From NCBI GenBank assembly GCA_041742355.1, contig JBGSIV010000299.1:1-64000 (forward strand): a stretch of 64,000 bases of DNA, in the 5' to 3' direction. How positions within the stretch are numbered: position 1 is the first letter of the stretch; each line of letters begins with the position of its first letter. Origin of the DNA: Candidatus Zixiibacteriota bacterium (lineage in GTDB: Bacteria; Zixibacteria; MSB-5A5; GN15; FEB-12). The notes beneath the pieces are model-generated. The model saw only the letters and a program-made list of their open reading frames with translations, had not been told where the DNA came from and did no database searches. Below are positions 1 to 10,489 of this stretch, piece by piece. The translations under genes and the position numbers were made by a program.

Positions 1-921
1 GATGGCCAGACGGCTGGCATTGGGGGCACCCACGCCGCCGCCGATGAAGGTGGCGTTGTAGATGGTCGGGATGGCGTAGGGCAGGCCGTCTTCAGGCGTC
101 GTGCCGCCGTCCCACTCGCCGCCGCGGTCGCCGTCGGTTCCCTCGTGGATCGTGAACCAGAACTGGCCCTTACCACGGAAGCCCATGTCGTAGTCGAAGG
201 AGTCATCGCCGCAGAAGGCAGCCACGAGGTACTTCGTGTTGACCGTGCCGCCGAACCACTCGAATCCATCGTCGAGGTTATGGTAGACCTCGATGTGTTC
301 GATAACCGTGCCGCGACCGACCGCACCCATGGTGAGGCCGTTGATTTCGTTGGCTTCGGCAATCGACACGCCACCGTGGCGGATCGAGACGTAGCGGAGG
401 ATACCGCTGTTGTCGTCGTCGTTCGGAGTGGCGCCGCCGCCGTAGGTGCCGCCGGTGCCGGCGGGGATACCTTCGATTTCGCCGGTGGTGGCGGTGGTGT
501 TGAGCTGGGCATAGCCGCAGACGATGACGCCGCCCCAGAGGCCGCGACCGTTGATGCCGAATTCGATGTCGTTCGGGTCATCGACGTTGTCGAGGATGGA
601 GGTGAAGATGATCGGGTTTTCGGGGGTACCTTCGGCGTAGATCTTACCGCCGCGGGAGACGAGGAGCACGGCCGCGTTGGTCAGCGTGCCTTCGTCGCCT
701 TTGATAATGGTGCCCGGCTCGATGATGAGCACTTCACCGGACTCGACCTGGACGCGGCCGCTGAGCACCCAGACGGTGTCGTTGGCCAGGACGCGGGTAC
801 CGACGATGTCGGCCGCGGTGATCGTGACAACCGGCTTGCCGGCCTCGGTCGGGTACGCCGAGGCGAGCACCGGGGTCAGCATAAGCGCAAAGAGCGCTAT
901 GAGACAGGCTTTACGAAACAT
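1..921 (-). CDS. Secreted right-handed beta-helix surface protein, TBDR partner (partial, runs off the window start)
   Basis: Not in the ORF track; read manually. ATG at 921 with AGGAGG RBS. Signal peptide MFRKACLIALFALMLTPVLASA, then IEPGTIIKG, GGKIYAEGTPENPIIFTS, GLWGGVIVCG, DNSGILRYVSIRHGG, NEINGLTMGAVG, DDGFEWFGGTVN, DDSFDYDMGFRG. Open to position 1. Confidence 0.85.
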   Translation of the reverse strand, partial: MFRKACLIALFALMLTPVLASAYPTEAGKPVVTITAADIVGTRVLANDTVWVLSGRVQVESGEVLIIEPGTIIKGDEGTLTNAAVLLVSRGGKIYAEGTPENPIIFTSILDNVDDPNDIEFGINGRGLWGGVIVCGYAQLNTTATTGEIEGIPAGTGGTYGGGATPNDDDNSGILRYVSIRHGGVSIAEANEINGLTMGAVGRGTVIEHIEVYHNLDDGFEWFGGTVNTKYLVAAFCGDDSFDYDMGFRGKGQFWFTIHEGTDGDRGGEWDGGTTPEDGLPYAIPTIYNATFIGGGVGAPNASRLAI

Positions 922-1217
922 GATGAGTAGATGCCTCCTGTTTAACCATTCCAATGCTAAAGTGAAGTCCAATTTCGGATCTGTGGCCACCACCACAGTG
1001 CAATCGAATCGTGATCTCGTCGGTCCGGGGATTGCCTCCTTTCGCCAAAGCTTCTTCAACCCTCGACGAGCAAGGGTGACTATCGTCCAGTGAGGTTCGG
1101 GGCGGCCGGGCGCCGGTTCTCGTTGTGGCTCTCAAACCGGAGTCCGTCCTTGACACGCGCTCAAATATGGTAAAAAGGCTTTTCTTCATCATGATTCGCA
1201 CAGGCTGTCGGTCGCCC

Positions 1218-4200
1218 CTAGAGGCTGACCGACAGGCCGATTTTGTACGTCGTGCCTGTCTCGTACAGGCGGTAGTAGTAGTCCTTGCCCAGGAACTCCT
1301 GGGTCATTTCAACCTTCTCGTCGAGGATGTTCTCCACGCCGAGCTTCAACTGGGCGCCGCCGAGTATCCGCTTCTGCGCGGTGAAGTCCACCATGTGACG
1401 CGGCTGCTCGTAGACGTCGGGCGTGCCGCCCTTCCCGTTGATGATGAACCGCTCGCCGAAGACGTTGTACAGGAGCGTCGCCTGGAAGCCGTAGCGCTCG
1501 ACCCCGTAGTTCAGATCGAGGTTGACGATGTAGGGCGACTGGCCCTGCAGCGGCCGGGTATCTTCCGCACCCGGATCGAACGCCCGGATGTTGTTCAGCT
1601 CGAATTCAGGAATGTCCACCGCCGAGTGCACGAACGTGAGGTTGCCGCCGAGGGAGAAGTTGGACAGGCCCCGGTAGAGGCGGCCCACACTCTGACGCCA
1701 TTCGAACTCGACTCCGACCACGCCGGCCTCGTCGACGTTCTGTGGCTTCATTTCGCCGTTCTCGGTGATGATGGCGAGTTCGATGGGATTCTTCAGCTTC
1801 TTATAGAAGAGGCTGGCGGAGAGCACCTCGCCGGGACCGGTGAAGTACTCCCACCGGAGATCCCAGTTGGTGACCGTCGTATATTCGAGGTCGGGGTTAC
1901 CGGTGAACAGGTACCCGCCGCGGTATTCTTCGTTGGTATATGGAGCGAGTTCGCGCATGGTGGGCCGGGCGATAGTCCGGCTGACTCCGGCCCGGAGGTT
2001 GACGTTGCCGCTGAAGCTGTAGCGCACGTTGAGCGACGGGAGCCATTCCCCTTCGTCGATGAGCTTCTCCTCCGTGACGGCCGAGTCCTGCTTGACCGGC
2101 GCGACAAACGGCTGACTCAGATCCATTTCCGTGTTCTCGTAGCGCGCACCGGTGATGACCTGAATGCGGTCGAACAGAGGGAACTCCACCATACCATACC
2201 AGGCCCAGACCTTTTGCTCGGCATCGTAGTTGTTCTTGTCCTCGGTAGCCGGCGTGATCGAGTTGCCGTTGACGAATACCGGCCGGGTCGAGTCGAGGTT
2301 GCTCTGTGACTCGACCATGCCCATGTTGTCAGGCGAGAAGAACCAGTCCGGGTCGCCGCTATAGTACAGCCGTGACTTGGGGCTGATCGAGAAGCCGGAC
2401 TCGCGGAACGTGCGCTCCTTGTCGGAGAAGGCCATACCGGTCTTGAAGGACCCCGCCGCCGGCTGGTTTTCCTGGAAGCGGAAGAGCAGGTCAAGACGGC
2501 CATCGCGGCTGGTTTCTTCCAGTTCGCGGTACCGGTGATCGGGCAGCCGGTAGAGGTTGGACTGAATAAAGTAGACGGTATCGGGATTGCCCAGCGAGTC
2601 GTTCTGGACGAGGAAGTCGTTGGTGAACATGCGAACGTCCGGCTCATCCTGCTGCGTATTCGCCGACGAGTACTGCCACTCGGCGCGGAGCGGGAGCCCC
2701 ACCTTGACATCGTGACTGCCGAGAATTTGATGTGTACTCAGCCGGCGCTCCGCGTATTCGAGCACGCGCGTTTCGAGGGCCTGGTTGTTTTCAAAGGTGA
2801 TTTGCTGTTCGCCGAATTCGCCGATCATGTATCGGGCAGAGGATTCACCGCTCTGATTGTGCATGAAGTCGTAGCGGATCCGGTGACGTGGGTGAATTTG
2901 GTAGGCGAACGAGAGCAGGCCGCCCCAGTGGACTTCTTCGACACCCCGGGTATCGCTGAGCGACATGTCGGCCGCAAGTTCAGTGCTCCCGGTGGTTGGG
3001 AGGCGGAACCGGCTGACCTGACCGCCTTCGTACATCGAGAAAGTGCGGCTGTAGGTCAGGCTTCCCTGGACGCCCAGCGGCTTGTCGAACAACTGGAACC
3101 GGTCGCCGTAGTTGAAGGCGTAGCTCTGGTTAAGCGGCACGTCGCGCGTCTTCGGGCTCATCTCGGTGCTCAGCGCTTCGGCCGCATCATCATAGACTGC
3201 CGCGAGGCGCTTCCCCTCAGCGACTGAATCCGGATAGGCCGTCTTGTTGAGCAACTGACGGATCCGGTTCACATTGGGGATAGCCAGGCCGGTATCGGAC
3301 AGGTATTCGGGCAGGCCGCGCGTACCGTCGTCGTAACCAAGCCAGTCTTTCGATCCACTGGTGGAGGTCGGCAGATTATCGTTGAAGGTGACCAGCGAGT
3401 TATACGACGTGGAAGTCGAAAAGCTCAGGGTGCGGCCATCGGGGAGATACTTGGTCGTCATGTTGACGCTGCCGCCGGTGAAGTTGCCCGGTTTGTCCGG
3501 GGTGAAAGTCTTCTGCACCACGATGTTGTCCAGCAGACCGGAGGGAATCAGGTCCATCTGGACAGCCTGCTTGTCGGGATCGGGGCTGGGCAGCGGGGAG
3601 CCGTTGAGCTGGGTATTGGCGTAGCGGTCGCCGAGGCCGCGGACATACACGTACTTGCCACCCACAACCGAAGCGCCGACCACGCGCTCCATTGCGCTGG
3701 CGGCATCCCCCGCGCCGGCGCGAGAGATCTCGTCCGCGCTGACCGCGTCGCCGACAAAGTCGGCCTTCTGCCGGTGCTTCAGCATGCTGGCCTGGTTGTC
3801 GCGGTGGAGCTTGCCGACGACCACGATCGAATCGGTCTGGACCGTCTGGCGCTCCAGCGCGAAATCCATCGTCTGGTCGACACCGGCGGCGATAGTCAGC
3901 TCGGTCACCTTGTACTGCTGGAAGCCGATGCCGGAAACGATGAGGGTATAGGTTCCGGGGGTGATGTTCTTAATAACGTAGCGTCCGTCCATGTCGGTCT
4001 TGGCGCCGGTGGTGGTACCTTCGAGATAGACGCTGAAGCCGATGAGTGCTTCGCCCGATTCCGCGTCGTGGACAGCCCCGATAATGCGGCCGGTCTCGGC
4101 GGCCCGGGGCGAAGGAACGACGAGCGATCCAAGGGCCGCTAGCAGAAGGGCGGCAAGAACCATCCGGCAGGCCCGCATCCGTGCGGGCAGTCGATGGGCT

Positions 4201-4226
4201 GATTTTGGCTTGAGCGACGTCTTCAT
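1218..4226 (-). CDS. TonB-dependent receptor with N-terminal carboxypeptidase-regulatory-like domain
   Basis: Signal peptide; GRIIGAVHDAESGEALIG...TDMDGRY domain; plug motif YVYVRGLGDRY; barrel motifs ARPTMRELAP, GNPDLEY, LGVENILD; C-terminal amphipathic strand. Confidence 0.93.
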   Translation of the reverse strand: MKTSLKPKSAHRLPARMRACRMVLAALLLAALGSLVVPSPRAAETGRIIGAVHDAESGEALIGFSVYLEGTTTGAKTDMDGRYVIKNITPGTYTLIVSGIGFQQYKVTELTIAAGVDQTMDFALERQTVQTDSIVVVGKLHRDNQASMLKHRQKADFVGDAVSADEISRAGAGDAASAMERVVGASVVGGKYVYVRGLGDRYANTQLNGSPLPSPDPDKQAVQMDLIPSGLLDNIVVQKTFTPDKPGNFTGGSVNMTTKYLPDGRTLSFSTSTSYNSLVTFNDNLPTSTSGSKDWLGYDDGTRGLPEYLSDTGLAIPNVNRIRQLLNKTAYPDSVAEGKRLAAVYDDAAEALSTEMSPKTRDVPLNQSYAFNYGDRFQLFDKPLGVQGSLTYSRTFSMYEGGQVSRFRLPTTGSTELAADMSLSDTRGVEEVHWGGLLSFAYQIHPRHRIRYDFMHNQSGESSARYMIGEFGEQQITFENNQALETRVLEYAERRLSTHQILGSHDVKVGLPLRAEWQYSSANTQQDEPDVRMFTNDFLVQNDSLGNPDTVYFIQSNLYRLPDHRYRELEETSRDGRLDLLFRFQENQPAAGSFKTGMAFSDKERTFRESGFSISPKSRLYYSGDPDWFFSPDNMGMVESQSNLDSTRPVFVNGNSITPATEDKNNYDAEQKVWAWYGMVEFPLFDRIQVITGARYENTEMDLSQPFVAPVKQDSAVTEEKLIDEGEWLPSLNVRYSFSGNVNLRAGVSRTIARPTMRELAPYTNEEYRGGYLFTGNPDLEYTTVTNWDLRWEYFTGPGEVLSASLFYKKLKNPIELAIITENGEMKPQNVDEAGVVGVEFEWRQSVGRLYRGLSNFSLGGNLTFVHSAVDIPEFELNNIRAFDPGAEDTRPLQGQSPYIVNLDLNYGVERYGFQATLLYNVFGERFIINGKGGTPDVYEQPRHMVDFTAQKRILGGAQLKLGVENILDEKVEMTQEFLGKDYYYRLYETGTTYKIGLSVSL

Positions 4227-4323
4227 GGCGATTCTTCTCTCCTCTTGATCATCCGCCGGTTACGGCGGTGCGTTCATATACTCAGGTAGAACAGGTAATC
4301 CTCGTCCGTATGGAATCATTGGG

Positions 4324-4341
4324 CTGTTAAGTCTGTGTTAC
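4324..4341 (-). promoter_or_regulatory. Pho-box-like direct repeat upstream of the TBDR
   Basis: Minus strand reads GTAACA-cagac-TTAACA (11-bp period), about 100 bp upstream of the TBDR start. Confidence 0.5.
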
Positions 4342-4471
4342 CACTATGTGCTAATCCTGCGAGAAATGCAGGGGCGCGGTGGCAGAGCAGCCCGAACAAT
4401 CCGATGAAAGGGCGGAAATGATAGGGTTCGGTTAGGAAGAGCCTCGGATTCGATGAGAAGAACGCCGGCGG

Positions 4472-5161
4472 TCAGTGGGACCGAAGACGGTAACCGATGC
4501 CACGGACGGTCTCGATCCGGTTGCCGTAAGCGCCGAGCCGTCGCCGCAGCCCGGCGATCTGGACATCGACCGCCCGCCTTGAGGTCAGGTGCTCGTTTCC
4601 ACGCAGCTGCCGGAGGATCTCCTCGCGACGGAAAGCGTGGCCGGGGTGGCTGGCCAGGAAGTGCAGCAGTTCGAACTCGGTCGCTGTCAACGCTACTCGA
4701 TTGCTGCCGACGAAGACGTCGCGGTGCCCCGGGTTGATCCGGATGCCCTGGATCTCGATGGCGTTGGTCTGATCGGCAGGTATGTGGGCGACCTGCCGCA
4801 CCAGGGAACGGACGCGGCTGGCGAAGACCCGGGGGCTGGTCGGTTCGACGAGGTAGTCATCGGCGCCCAGCTCAAGTGCGGCCACCACATCGGTTTCATC
4901 ATCATTGGGGCCGAGGATGACTATCGGGACCGTCGCCGTGCGCGGATCCCGCCGCAACACGCGGAGGATGTCGTAGCCGGCCATATCGGGGAGAGTAAAG
5001 CCGATGACGACGAGCGACCAACGGCGAGTCACAGCGGCCCCGAGGCCTTCCGCTCCGGTAGCCGCAAGGGTCAGCGGGAAGCCGAGTTCCCGGAGAAGGG
5101 AACTGTGTTCTTCCACCATACTGCCGGCGGTGACAATGGCGAGGACAGCGTGCCTGCTCAT
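4472..5161 (-). CDS. OmpR/PhoB-family regulator with degenerate receiver domain
   Basis: Winged-helix motifs LTATEFELL, RAVDVQIAGLRRRL, IETVRGIGY; receiver-like ALELGADDYL. Start could be 5161 or 5212. Confidence 0.9.
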   Translation of the reverse strand: MSRHAVLAIVTAGSMVEEHSSLLRELGFPLTLAATGAEGLGAAVTRRWSLVVIGFTLPDMAGYDILRVLRRDPRTATVPIVILGPNDDETDVVAALELGADDYLVEPTSPRVFASRVRSLVRQVAHIPADQTNAIEIQGIRINPGHRDVFVGSNRVALTATEFELLHFLASHPGHAFRREEILRQLRGNEHLTSRRAVDVQIAGLRRRLGAYGNRIETVRGIGYRLRSH

Positions 5162-5224
5162 ACCGGTGCAGCCATCGGTCGGGTGCCAAATGAAGTGATC
5201 ATCGATCACCATACAATGCCGACT

Positions 5225-5275
5225 TCGTTAGGAAAATGTTATGACTGGTAAAAGGAAGAGTTAGATTTCTGTCAG
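5225..5275. promoter_or_regulatory. Array of GTTA/GTCA direct repeats with 11-bp period (candidate OmpR/PhoB sites)
   Basis: GTTA at 5227, 5238 and 5260, GTCA at 5271, GTAA at 5248, in the divergent intergenic region. Confidence 0.5.
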
Positions 5276-5354
5276 GGCGGTCATGAGCATGAGATATGAA
5301 GCGGCAGCGCGCGCCCGCTTGTGTTTTCCACGCTCACTTCTGATATTGGGGGCG

Positions 5355-7049
5355 ATGATGCGAAGAATCTTCACCATGCTTGTGCTGGTCGTGTGCGTCG
5401 TGCTGGCCGGTCACCTGCCGGGGTGCAGGGAGAAAGACGTGCCCAGGCAGCTTGACCGATACCTGGCGGAAGCCCGGTGGGCCTGGGGGTTCCATGGCAG
5501 CGCGCTGGTGGCCTACGACGGGCGGGTGATCCTGAGCGCAGGCTACGGCCTAGCCAACCGGGATTTCGGTGAATTGAACACACCGCAGACCAAGTTCTTC
5601 ATCGGGTCGGTGACCAAACAATTCACGGCTGCGGCGATCCTGCTGTTGCAGGAGCAGGGGAAGCTGGGGCTGGATGATCCGATCAGCCGGTACCTGCCGG
5701 AGTATCCAACGCCGGCCGGGGACATTATCACGATTCGCCACCTGCTGACCCACACGGCGGGTCTGCCCGACTATACGGCCAGTCCCGAGGTCGTGCTGAA
5801 CCGCACCGCCCCCATGTCCAGCGCGGTGCTGCTCGAATCGTTCTGGCGGCGGCCCCTGGAATTCGCCCCCGGGGCGGCGTTCCGGTACAGCAGTTCGGGG
5901 TATATCGTGCTCGGAGCGATCATCGAGGCAGTCTCGGGGCAGTCGTACGAGGCATTTCTGCACCACTGGATACTCGGGCCGCTCGGCATGCACAACAGCG
6001 GTTATGCGCGGCGCGAAGCGGGACTGCCGGATCGAGCCGACGGCTACACGACCGACGAAGACCTGCGCATGCGGGCGGCCGCTCCCATACACTACTCCGT
6101 ACTTCACTCGACGGGCGCCCTCTATTCGACAGTCGAGGATCTGCTCAAGTGGGACCGGGCACTGGCGGAGGGAACGGTGCTTTCAAAGGCGTCGATTGGG
6201 AACATGCTCACTCCGCAAGCCGGGGAATACGGGTTCGGCGTCGTGATCGATTCGCTGTTTGGAAGGCGGCATATCTACCACGGCGGCTTTCTCGATGGAT
6301 TCAATTCGACCCTTGAACGATGGCCCGACCAGAAGCTGTGCGTGATCATTCTCTCCAATGATGATGTGGCGCCCGTCAAGAAGATCGCCCACGGTCTGGC
6401 CGCTATTGCGTTCGGCGAGCCGCATGATTTCCCGATCCGGCGCGAAGCGATTCCGATGGAGCGCGAGGCGCTGCGGGAGTATCAGACGGTGTTCGCCCTC
6501 GGTTCTGGCCGGTATCGCCACATCCTGCTTGACGGCGACACGCTTCACACCTGGACCACCGGGGAGCCGCGCGTGCACCTGTTCCCCCTGGCGTCCGATA
6601 CGTTCTTCCTCGAACCGGACAACACGCTGCTCCTGACGTTCGTGCGGGACACTGCGGGCCGCATCGTGGCCGCCGATTACACCGATGAGGGCCGCGTCTA
6701 CCGTGCCCCTCGGACCGCCCCCGATCTCGAACGCGAGTTGCTCCTCCGCTGGCGGCCAATTCAGATCGACCCGGCTCTTTACGAGGAATACACCGGCACC
6801 TACCGACTGGAGACCGGGCTGTCCGACGATGCCGAAAGGTTTGCGCTAACGGTGACCCGGCAGGGTGACCGTTTGTTCGTCACAGGCACTTACACCGAAG
6901 AAGTTGAGCTCTTCCCACGAACCGAGACCGACTTCTTTCATCAGACGGCTGACTTTGAGCTGACTTTTATCAGAAACGAACTGGGAGAAGTCACCGGGTG
7001 CGTTGTGCGCATGGCCGGAGTGGAAATTTCGGGCCGAAAGGTCCGGTGA
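5355..7049 (+). CDS. Serine hydrolase, beta-lactamase/AmpC-like family, lipoprotein with C-terminal DUF3471-like domains
   Basis: Signal ending ...LPGC; SxxK (GSVTK), LLTHTAG, FRYSSSGY, HGG; two C-terminal Y.G.Y...LFP...FF modules. Start chosen at ATG 5355. Confidence 0.88.
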   Translation: MMRRIFTMLVLVVCVVLAGHLPGCREKDVPRQLDRYLAEARWAWGFHGSALVAYDGRVILSAGYGLANRDFGELNTPQTKFFIGSVTKQFTAAAILLLQEQGKLGLDDPISRYLPEYPTPAGDIITIRHLLTHTAGLPDYTASPEVVLNRTAPMSSAVLLESFWRRPLEFAPGAAFRYSSSGYIVLGAIIEAVSGQSYEAFLHHWILGPLGMHNSGYARREAGLPDRADGYTTDEDLRMRAAAPIHYSVLHSTGALYSTVEDLLKWDRALAEGTVLSKASIGNMLTPQAGEYGFGVVIDSLFGRRHIYHGGFLDGFNSTLERWPDQKLCVIILSNDDVAPVKKIAHGLAAIAFGEPHDFPIRREAIPMEREALREYQTVFALGSGRYRHILLDGDTLHTWTTGEPRVHLFPLASDTFFLEPDNTLLLTFVRDTAGRIVAADYTDEGRVYRAPRTAPDLERELLLRWRPIQIDPALYEEYTGTYRLETGLSDDAERFALTVTRQGDRLFVTGTYTEEVELFPRTETDFFHQTADFELTFIRNELGEVTGCVVRMAGVEISGRKVR

Positions 7050-7307
7050 AGTGTGGGGCGCTGGTTCGATGCGTGGCTAAGCGACGAGTAGCGTCAGGCA
7101 ACCCGATAGCACCTGAACGTCGCGGCGGAGGTTCTACTTCCGATTCGGGGAGCCTGTTTAGGCCGCATTCACAACGACCCAGCTGCGAAACGCGTCTCGC
7201 AGATGCCGCCATTATTGATAAGCCGGTGCTATGCATCGGCCTATTTCGTTAATTAAGAATGGCTTAGGTGGGCGCCCTCTTCGTCCGAAAATGTTCGGGA
7301 AGTTCTC

Positions 7308-8489
7308 CTACTGCTCGCATTCATAATTATCGAGGATTGTGCGAATCGCCTGCAGCTGTTCGTCGCTCATCGGGATTTCCCGTCTTGCAATGGCCTTACC
7401 AAAGAACTCGAAGTTCTCATCAGAGGAATAGACCTTCATCGAGTCGGCAATGTGTCCCTCTAGCTTCTCGTGGGTATCAATCATCATGTCCGGCGCCTGA
7501 AATGAAAGGTCGAAGTCGTTCAGCGAGAGGTATCTGATCGCCCGGTGCGACTTTGTGCGGAAATAGACTGTCAGGTCATGCGTGTCAAAGACGATGCTCC
7601 ACAGGGTGGCGTCTCCGCCGACCTTATCCAGAATGTCGAACGCATACTTCACGGCGTTTTCCGCACCGGCGGGCTCAAATGCTTTCACCTGTTCCGCCGC
7701 GATCAGGAAGCGGCGGAGCGAACCGGTAACATTCTGGATACCGTTTCCAACGCTTGATCCTTTCGTACCTCCGTCCAGCAAGCCCACAGATTCGGAGTAT
7801 GTGCTGTTAGTCAGAGCTGCCACGGGAAGCCTCTGACCGGCATGCACGACCATCTGACCATCGAGGACCTCGATGGCGGCGCAGTCGCCGGCCCCATCGG
7901 CAACCAGGTAATGATCGACCGTCTCGAATACTCTGACCATGGAATCGGCCGCAACGATCTCCTTCACGGAGCGGCAATTGTCCAGCATGTATTGCATCCA
8001 GTGCGGGGAATGCAGGGGTGCGCGTTCGTCCGGGCTTGGGTTTTGCGTTTCGCCGAGAGCCATGGTGCTCATCACCAGCCCTTTTTCATTCATGCCGGCC
8101 CAGGCCAGCTGGTGGCCGACCACCGTGAAGGTGACGCAGGCGTAGTTCGATGTCCACCGGGCAACCTGCCCGGTTGTACCGGGCATGAAACCGGACTCAA
8201 TGATACCTCGCTTATTGATAGATACCATGCCCTCGGGTATATCGTTATCATAATTGGATCCGAAGACGGCATGGCCACTGTCGGACAAACAGAACGACGT
8301 GCATGATCGGCCATCGATCCGCAGGAGCAATTCTGTAGCAGGTCGACCACAAGCTGTTTCGCTCGGCACTTCATGCGCGAGATTTGGCTCATTGGATACA
8401 GGGCAACTACCTTGCCGGCCATTGACCCCGGTGAATGAAACGGTGAAGAGAAGAATAGCAACGAAAGCAGTGAAGGATCTCATAACCAA
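7308..8489 (-). CDS. Linear amide C-N hydrolase (choloylglycine hydrolase / penicillin V acylase-like Ntn hydrolase)
   Basis: Signal/propeptide followed by nucleophile CTSF, GSNYD, GMNEKGL, HYLVAD, LTNS, TLWSIVFD. Confidence 0.85.
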   Translation of the reverse strand: MVMRSFTAFVAILLFTVSFTGVNGRQGSCPVSNEPNLAHEVPSETACGRPATELLLRIDGRSCTSFCLSDSGHAVFGSNYDNDIPEGMVSINKRGIIESGFMPGTTGQVARWTSNYACVTFTVVGHQLAWAGMNEKGLVMSTMALGETQNPSPDERAPLHSPHWMQYMLDNCRSVKEIVAADSMVRVFETVDHYLVADGAGDCAAIEVLDGQMVVHAGQRLPVAALTNSTYSESVGLLDGGTKGSSVGNGIQNVTGSLRRFLIAAEQVKAFEPAGAENAVKYAFDILDKVGGDATLWSIVFDTHDLTVYFRTKSHRAIRYLSLNDFDLSFQAPDMMIDTHEKLEGHIADSMKVYSSDENFEFFGKAIARREIPMSDEQLQAIRTILDNYECEQ

Positions 8490-8739
8490 AACCTCCCTGC
8501 TGGTGTTTCATGTATGATTGCGCGGACGAAGGCACCCGAGTCGCAGATCAGTTTGTTGCTTTCCAACGATTTCCGTTGATTCAGGTGAAGCATAACTGGA
8601 TTCTGAACTGGAATCTCGCAAAGTTTTGGGGAGAGTGATATTGGAGTCGCTTGGAGATCCCGCGCTGCTCGTTTGTTCAAACAACACCGGTCATACTACC
8701 GTTCCTCTGACCATCAAGGAAGTCAGCGCTATCACCGCC

Positions 8740-10092
8740 CTAGCTGACTGAACCCTTTTCATTCGACAAACGAGCAGCACCTTTTGGGTGTTCACGAGAT
8801 TGCCACAGCGCCGGAAGGTGCTCGATATAGATAGCGGCGAGCAGGAGAGCCGTGGCTAAGAAGAGAAATCCTCCGTATCCGTAGAGCGAGAAATCACCCA
8901 GCAGGTCAAAGAAGACAACGTTTGAAATGAGAATTGACAGCAGGACAAGATAGAATGACGTTGTGCCTTGTGTATGAAGTGTTCGAGCACCCCGCGAACC
9001 TGTCCACGAACCCGCCTGCCGGACGTGCCATAGCAGGAAAGACTGAACAAATGGAAGAAAGGCAAAATCAATCGGCCACGATGTTTTCAGTACGAATGGA
9101 GTGGTAAGAAAAACTATCGAAAAACTCCACAGATTCACTTGGTACACGCGTGCACGCTGTATCCGGTAAACGAAGACGAGGTTGGTAGCTGCAATCGCGT
9201 ATGAGAGTATCCATAGTACCCAATGTGCAATCGGCGCGTCAGTGCCGTCTGCCCCTAGCAGACGCAGAGCGACATGTGGAAAGAACTGCGAATGTGGGTT
9301 CGCGGTGACCCAGTCGGACTCTCGAAATGACGCGATGAGAGCACCGTAAAATTCAATTGCACCGTCCGTGCCCAGAACCGCACTTGGAATCAGGCACAGC
9401 AATAGAATCAATGGTGCTGCGCCCAGAAGAGCGAAACGAGCGTTACGGCAGGCTAAGAAGGGTACGAGGAAGATGACGGGGTAGAATTTGAAACTCGAGG
9501 CGAATGCCAGGAGAAACGCAGCAGTGATGTAGTGACCGCGTTCGACGGCCCACAGTGCTCCGATAAGAGCTACCATTATGAAGGTGCTAGTATTTCCAGT
9601 GAGGAAGTTCAGCCACAGTGGGTAAGAGAATAGAGTGAGCGAAACGACAAGAATGTGGAATGGAAGCGCCCCCGGCAAGAGGCGATGTAATAGCAGCAGG
9701 CAAAGTACAATTGCGGTTGCCTGCAGAATTCCCCAGAGAATCAATGATACGTCGAGCCCCAGTGGCGGAAAGGCCGCCAGGAGGATAGCGTTGAAGGGTG
9801 AATAAAGAAAGCCGTCCACCGGCAATCCGGTGTGGAATATAGCCTTCCCCATGGGAAGGTAATAGTCTACGAAATCGCAGAACAATTGTGGGCACACGCC
9901 AACATTAGCGACGAATCTATTCCAAGTGAGACTACTGTAGGCAAGAAGCAATATCGCTATCCCAAGCCCTCCGGCGATGAACAACTTAGGGCGGGTGTGA
10001 GACACTGCCAGAGAAGAACCGGATTGCGTCTTCCGAACGTGTTGCTCATGTCTCTGCATAGTTCTTACCACCTCAGCTAGCCGGGCCTTCAA
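8740..10092 (-). CDS. Glycosyltransferase family 87 (DUF2029-like) polytopic membrane protein
   Basis: DF..YY, FLYSPF, GN, FKFYP motifs and many TM helices. Start uncertain; visibly more AT-rich than its flanks. Confidence 0.75.
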   Translation of the reverse strand: MKARLAEVVRTMQRHEQHVRKTQSGSSLAVSHTRPKLFIAGGLGIAILLLAYSSLTWNRFVANVGVCPQLFCDFVDYYLPMGKAIFHTGLPVDGFLYSPFNAILLAAFPPLGLDVSLILWGILQATAIVLCLLLLHRLLPGALPFHILVVSLTLFSYPLWLNFLTGNTSTFIMVALIGALWAVERGHYITAAFLLAFASSFKFYPVIFLVPFLACRNARFALLGAAPLILLLCLIPSAVLGTDGAIEFYGALIASFRESDWVTANPHSQFFPHVALRLLGADGTDAPIAHWVLWILSYAIAATNLVFVYRIQRARVYQVNLWSFSIVFLTTPFVLKTSWPIDFAFLPFVQSFLLWHVRQAGSWTGSRGARTLHTQGTTSFYLVLLSILISNVVFFDLLGDFSLYGYGGFLFLATALLLAAIYIEHLPALWQSREHPKGAARLSNEKGSVS

Positions 10093-10394
10093 CCGGCCGC
10101 CCTTTGCTCTCCTTCATGAAGTCCATCGCGTAGTAACCTTTATTATATAGCATATATCATGAGACAAACCCAGAATTCCGGCGTGATGGGCCTTCATGCA
10201 TTCCAGAAGATGCGGCGGGATAGGTCTGGCGACGCGACGTCATGTGCAAACTTGAGTCCAGCTTATTGCCTCCCGTCAACGGAGGTCACTCCAGATTATC
10301 TTCATCCACGCACTTCCTTGTTCCCCGACGACGTCCGCCGATCTTGGCATAATGTGACTGGAACGGAAAGCTGAAAGTCACCAAAGTTTGGGGA

Positions 10395-10489
10395 CAGTGA
10401 GGTCGGGGCCTCTTGGATTCAGAAGAAGCCCCTTCGGCAAGTATGTCGAAAGGCTTTTCATATGTGGGACAATGGGCCTTGTGGGTCAA
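10395..10489 (-). pseudogene. Possible remnant of a large serine recombinase C-terminus
   Basis: Translates as CPTYEKPFDILAEG...KRPRP, resembling a recombinase C-terminal tail as I recall it; no upstream catalytic domain. Confidence 0.3.

Noticed and set aside
145..930. 261-aa plus-strand ORF, and similar long antisense ORFs (1125-2309, 50899-52308, 57207-58556, 58418-59875, 59978-61645)
   Set aside because: They are shadows of well-supported genes on the opposite strand, as expected at high GC, and carry no motifs.
8664..8778. 13-bp inverted repeat GCTGCTCGTTTGT/ACAAACGAGCAGC as MITE ends
   Set aside because: One arm lies inside a CDS, no target duplication or second copy was seen, and it is plausibly chance.
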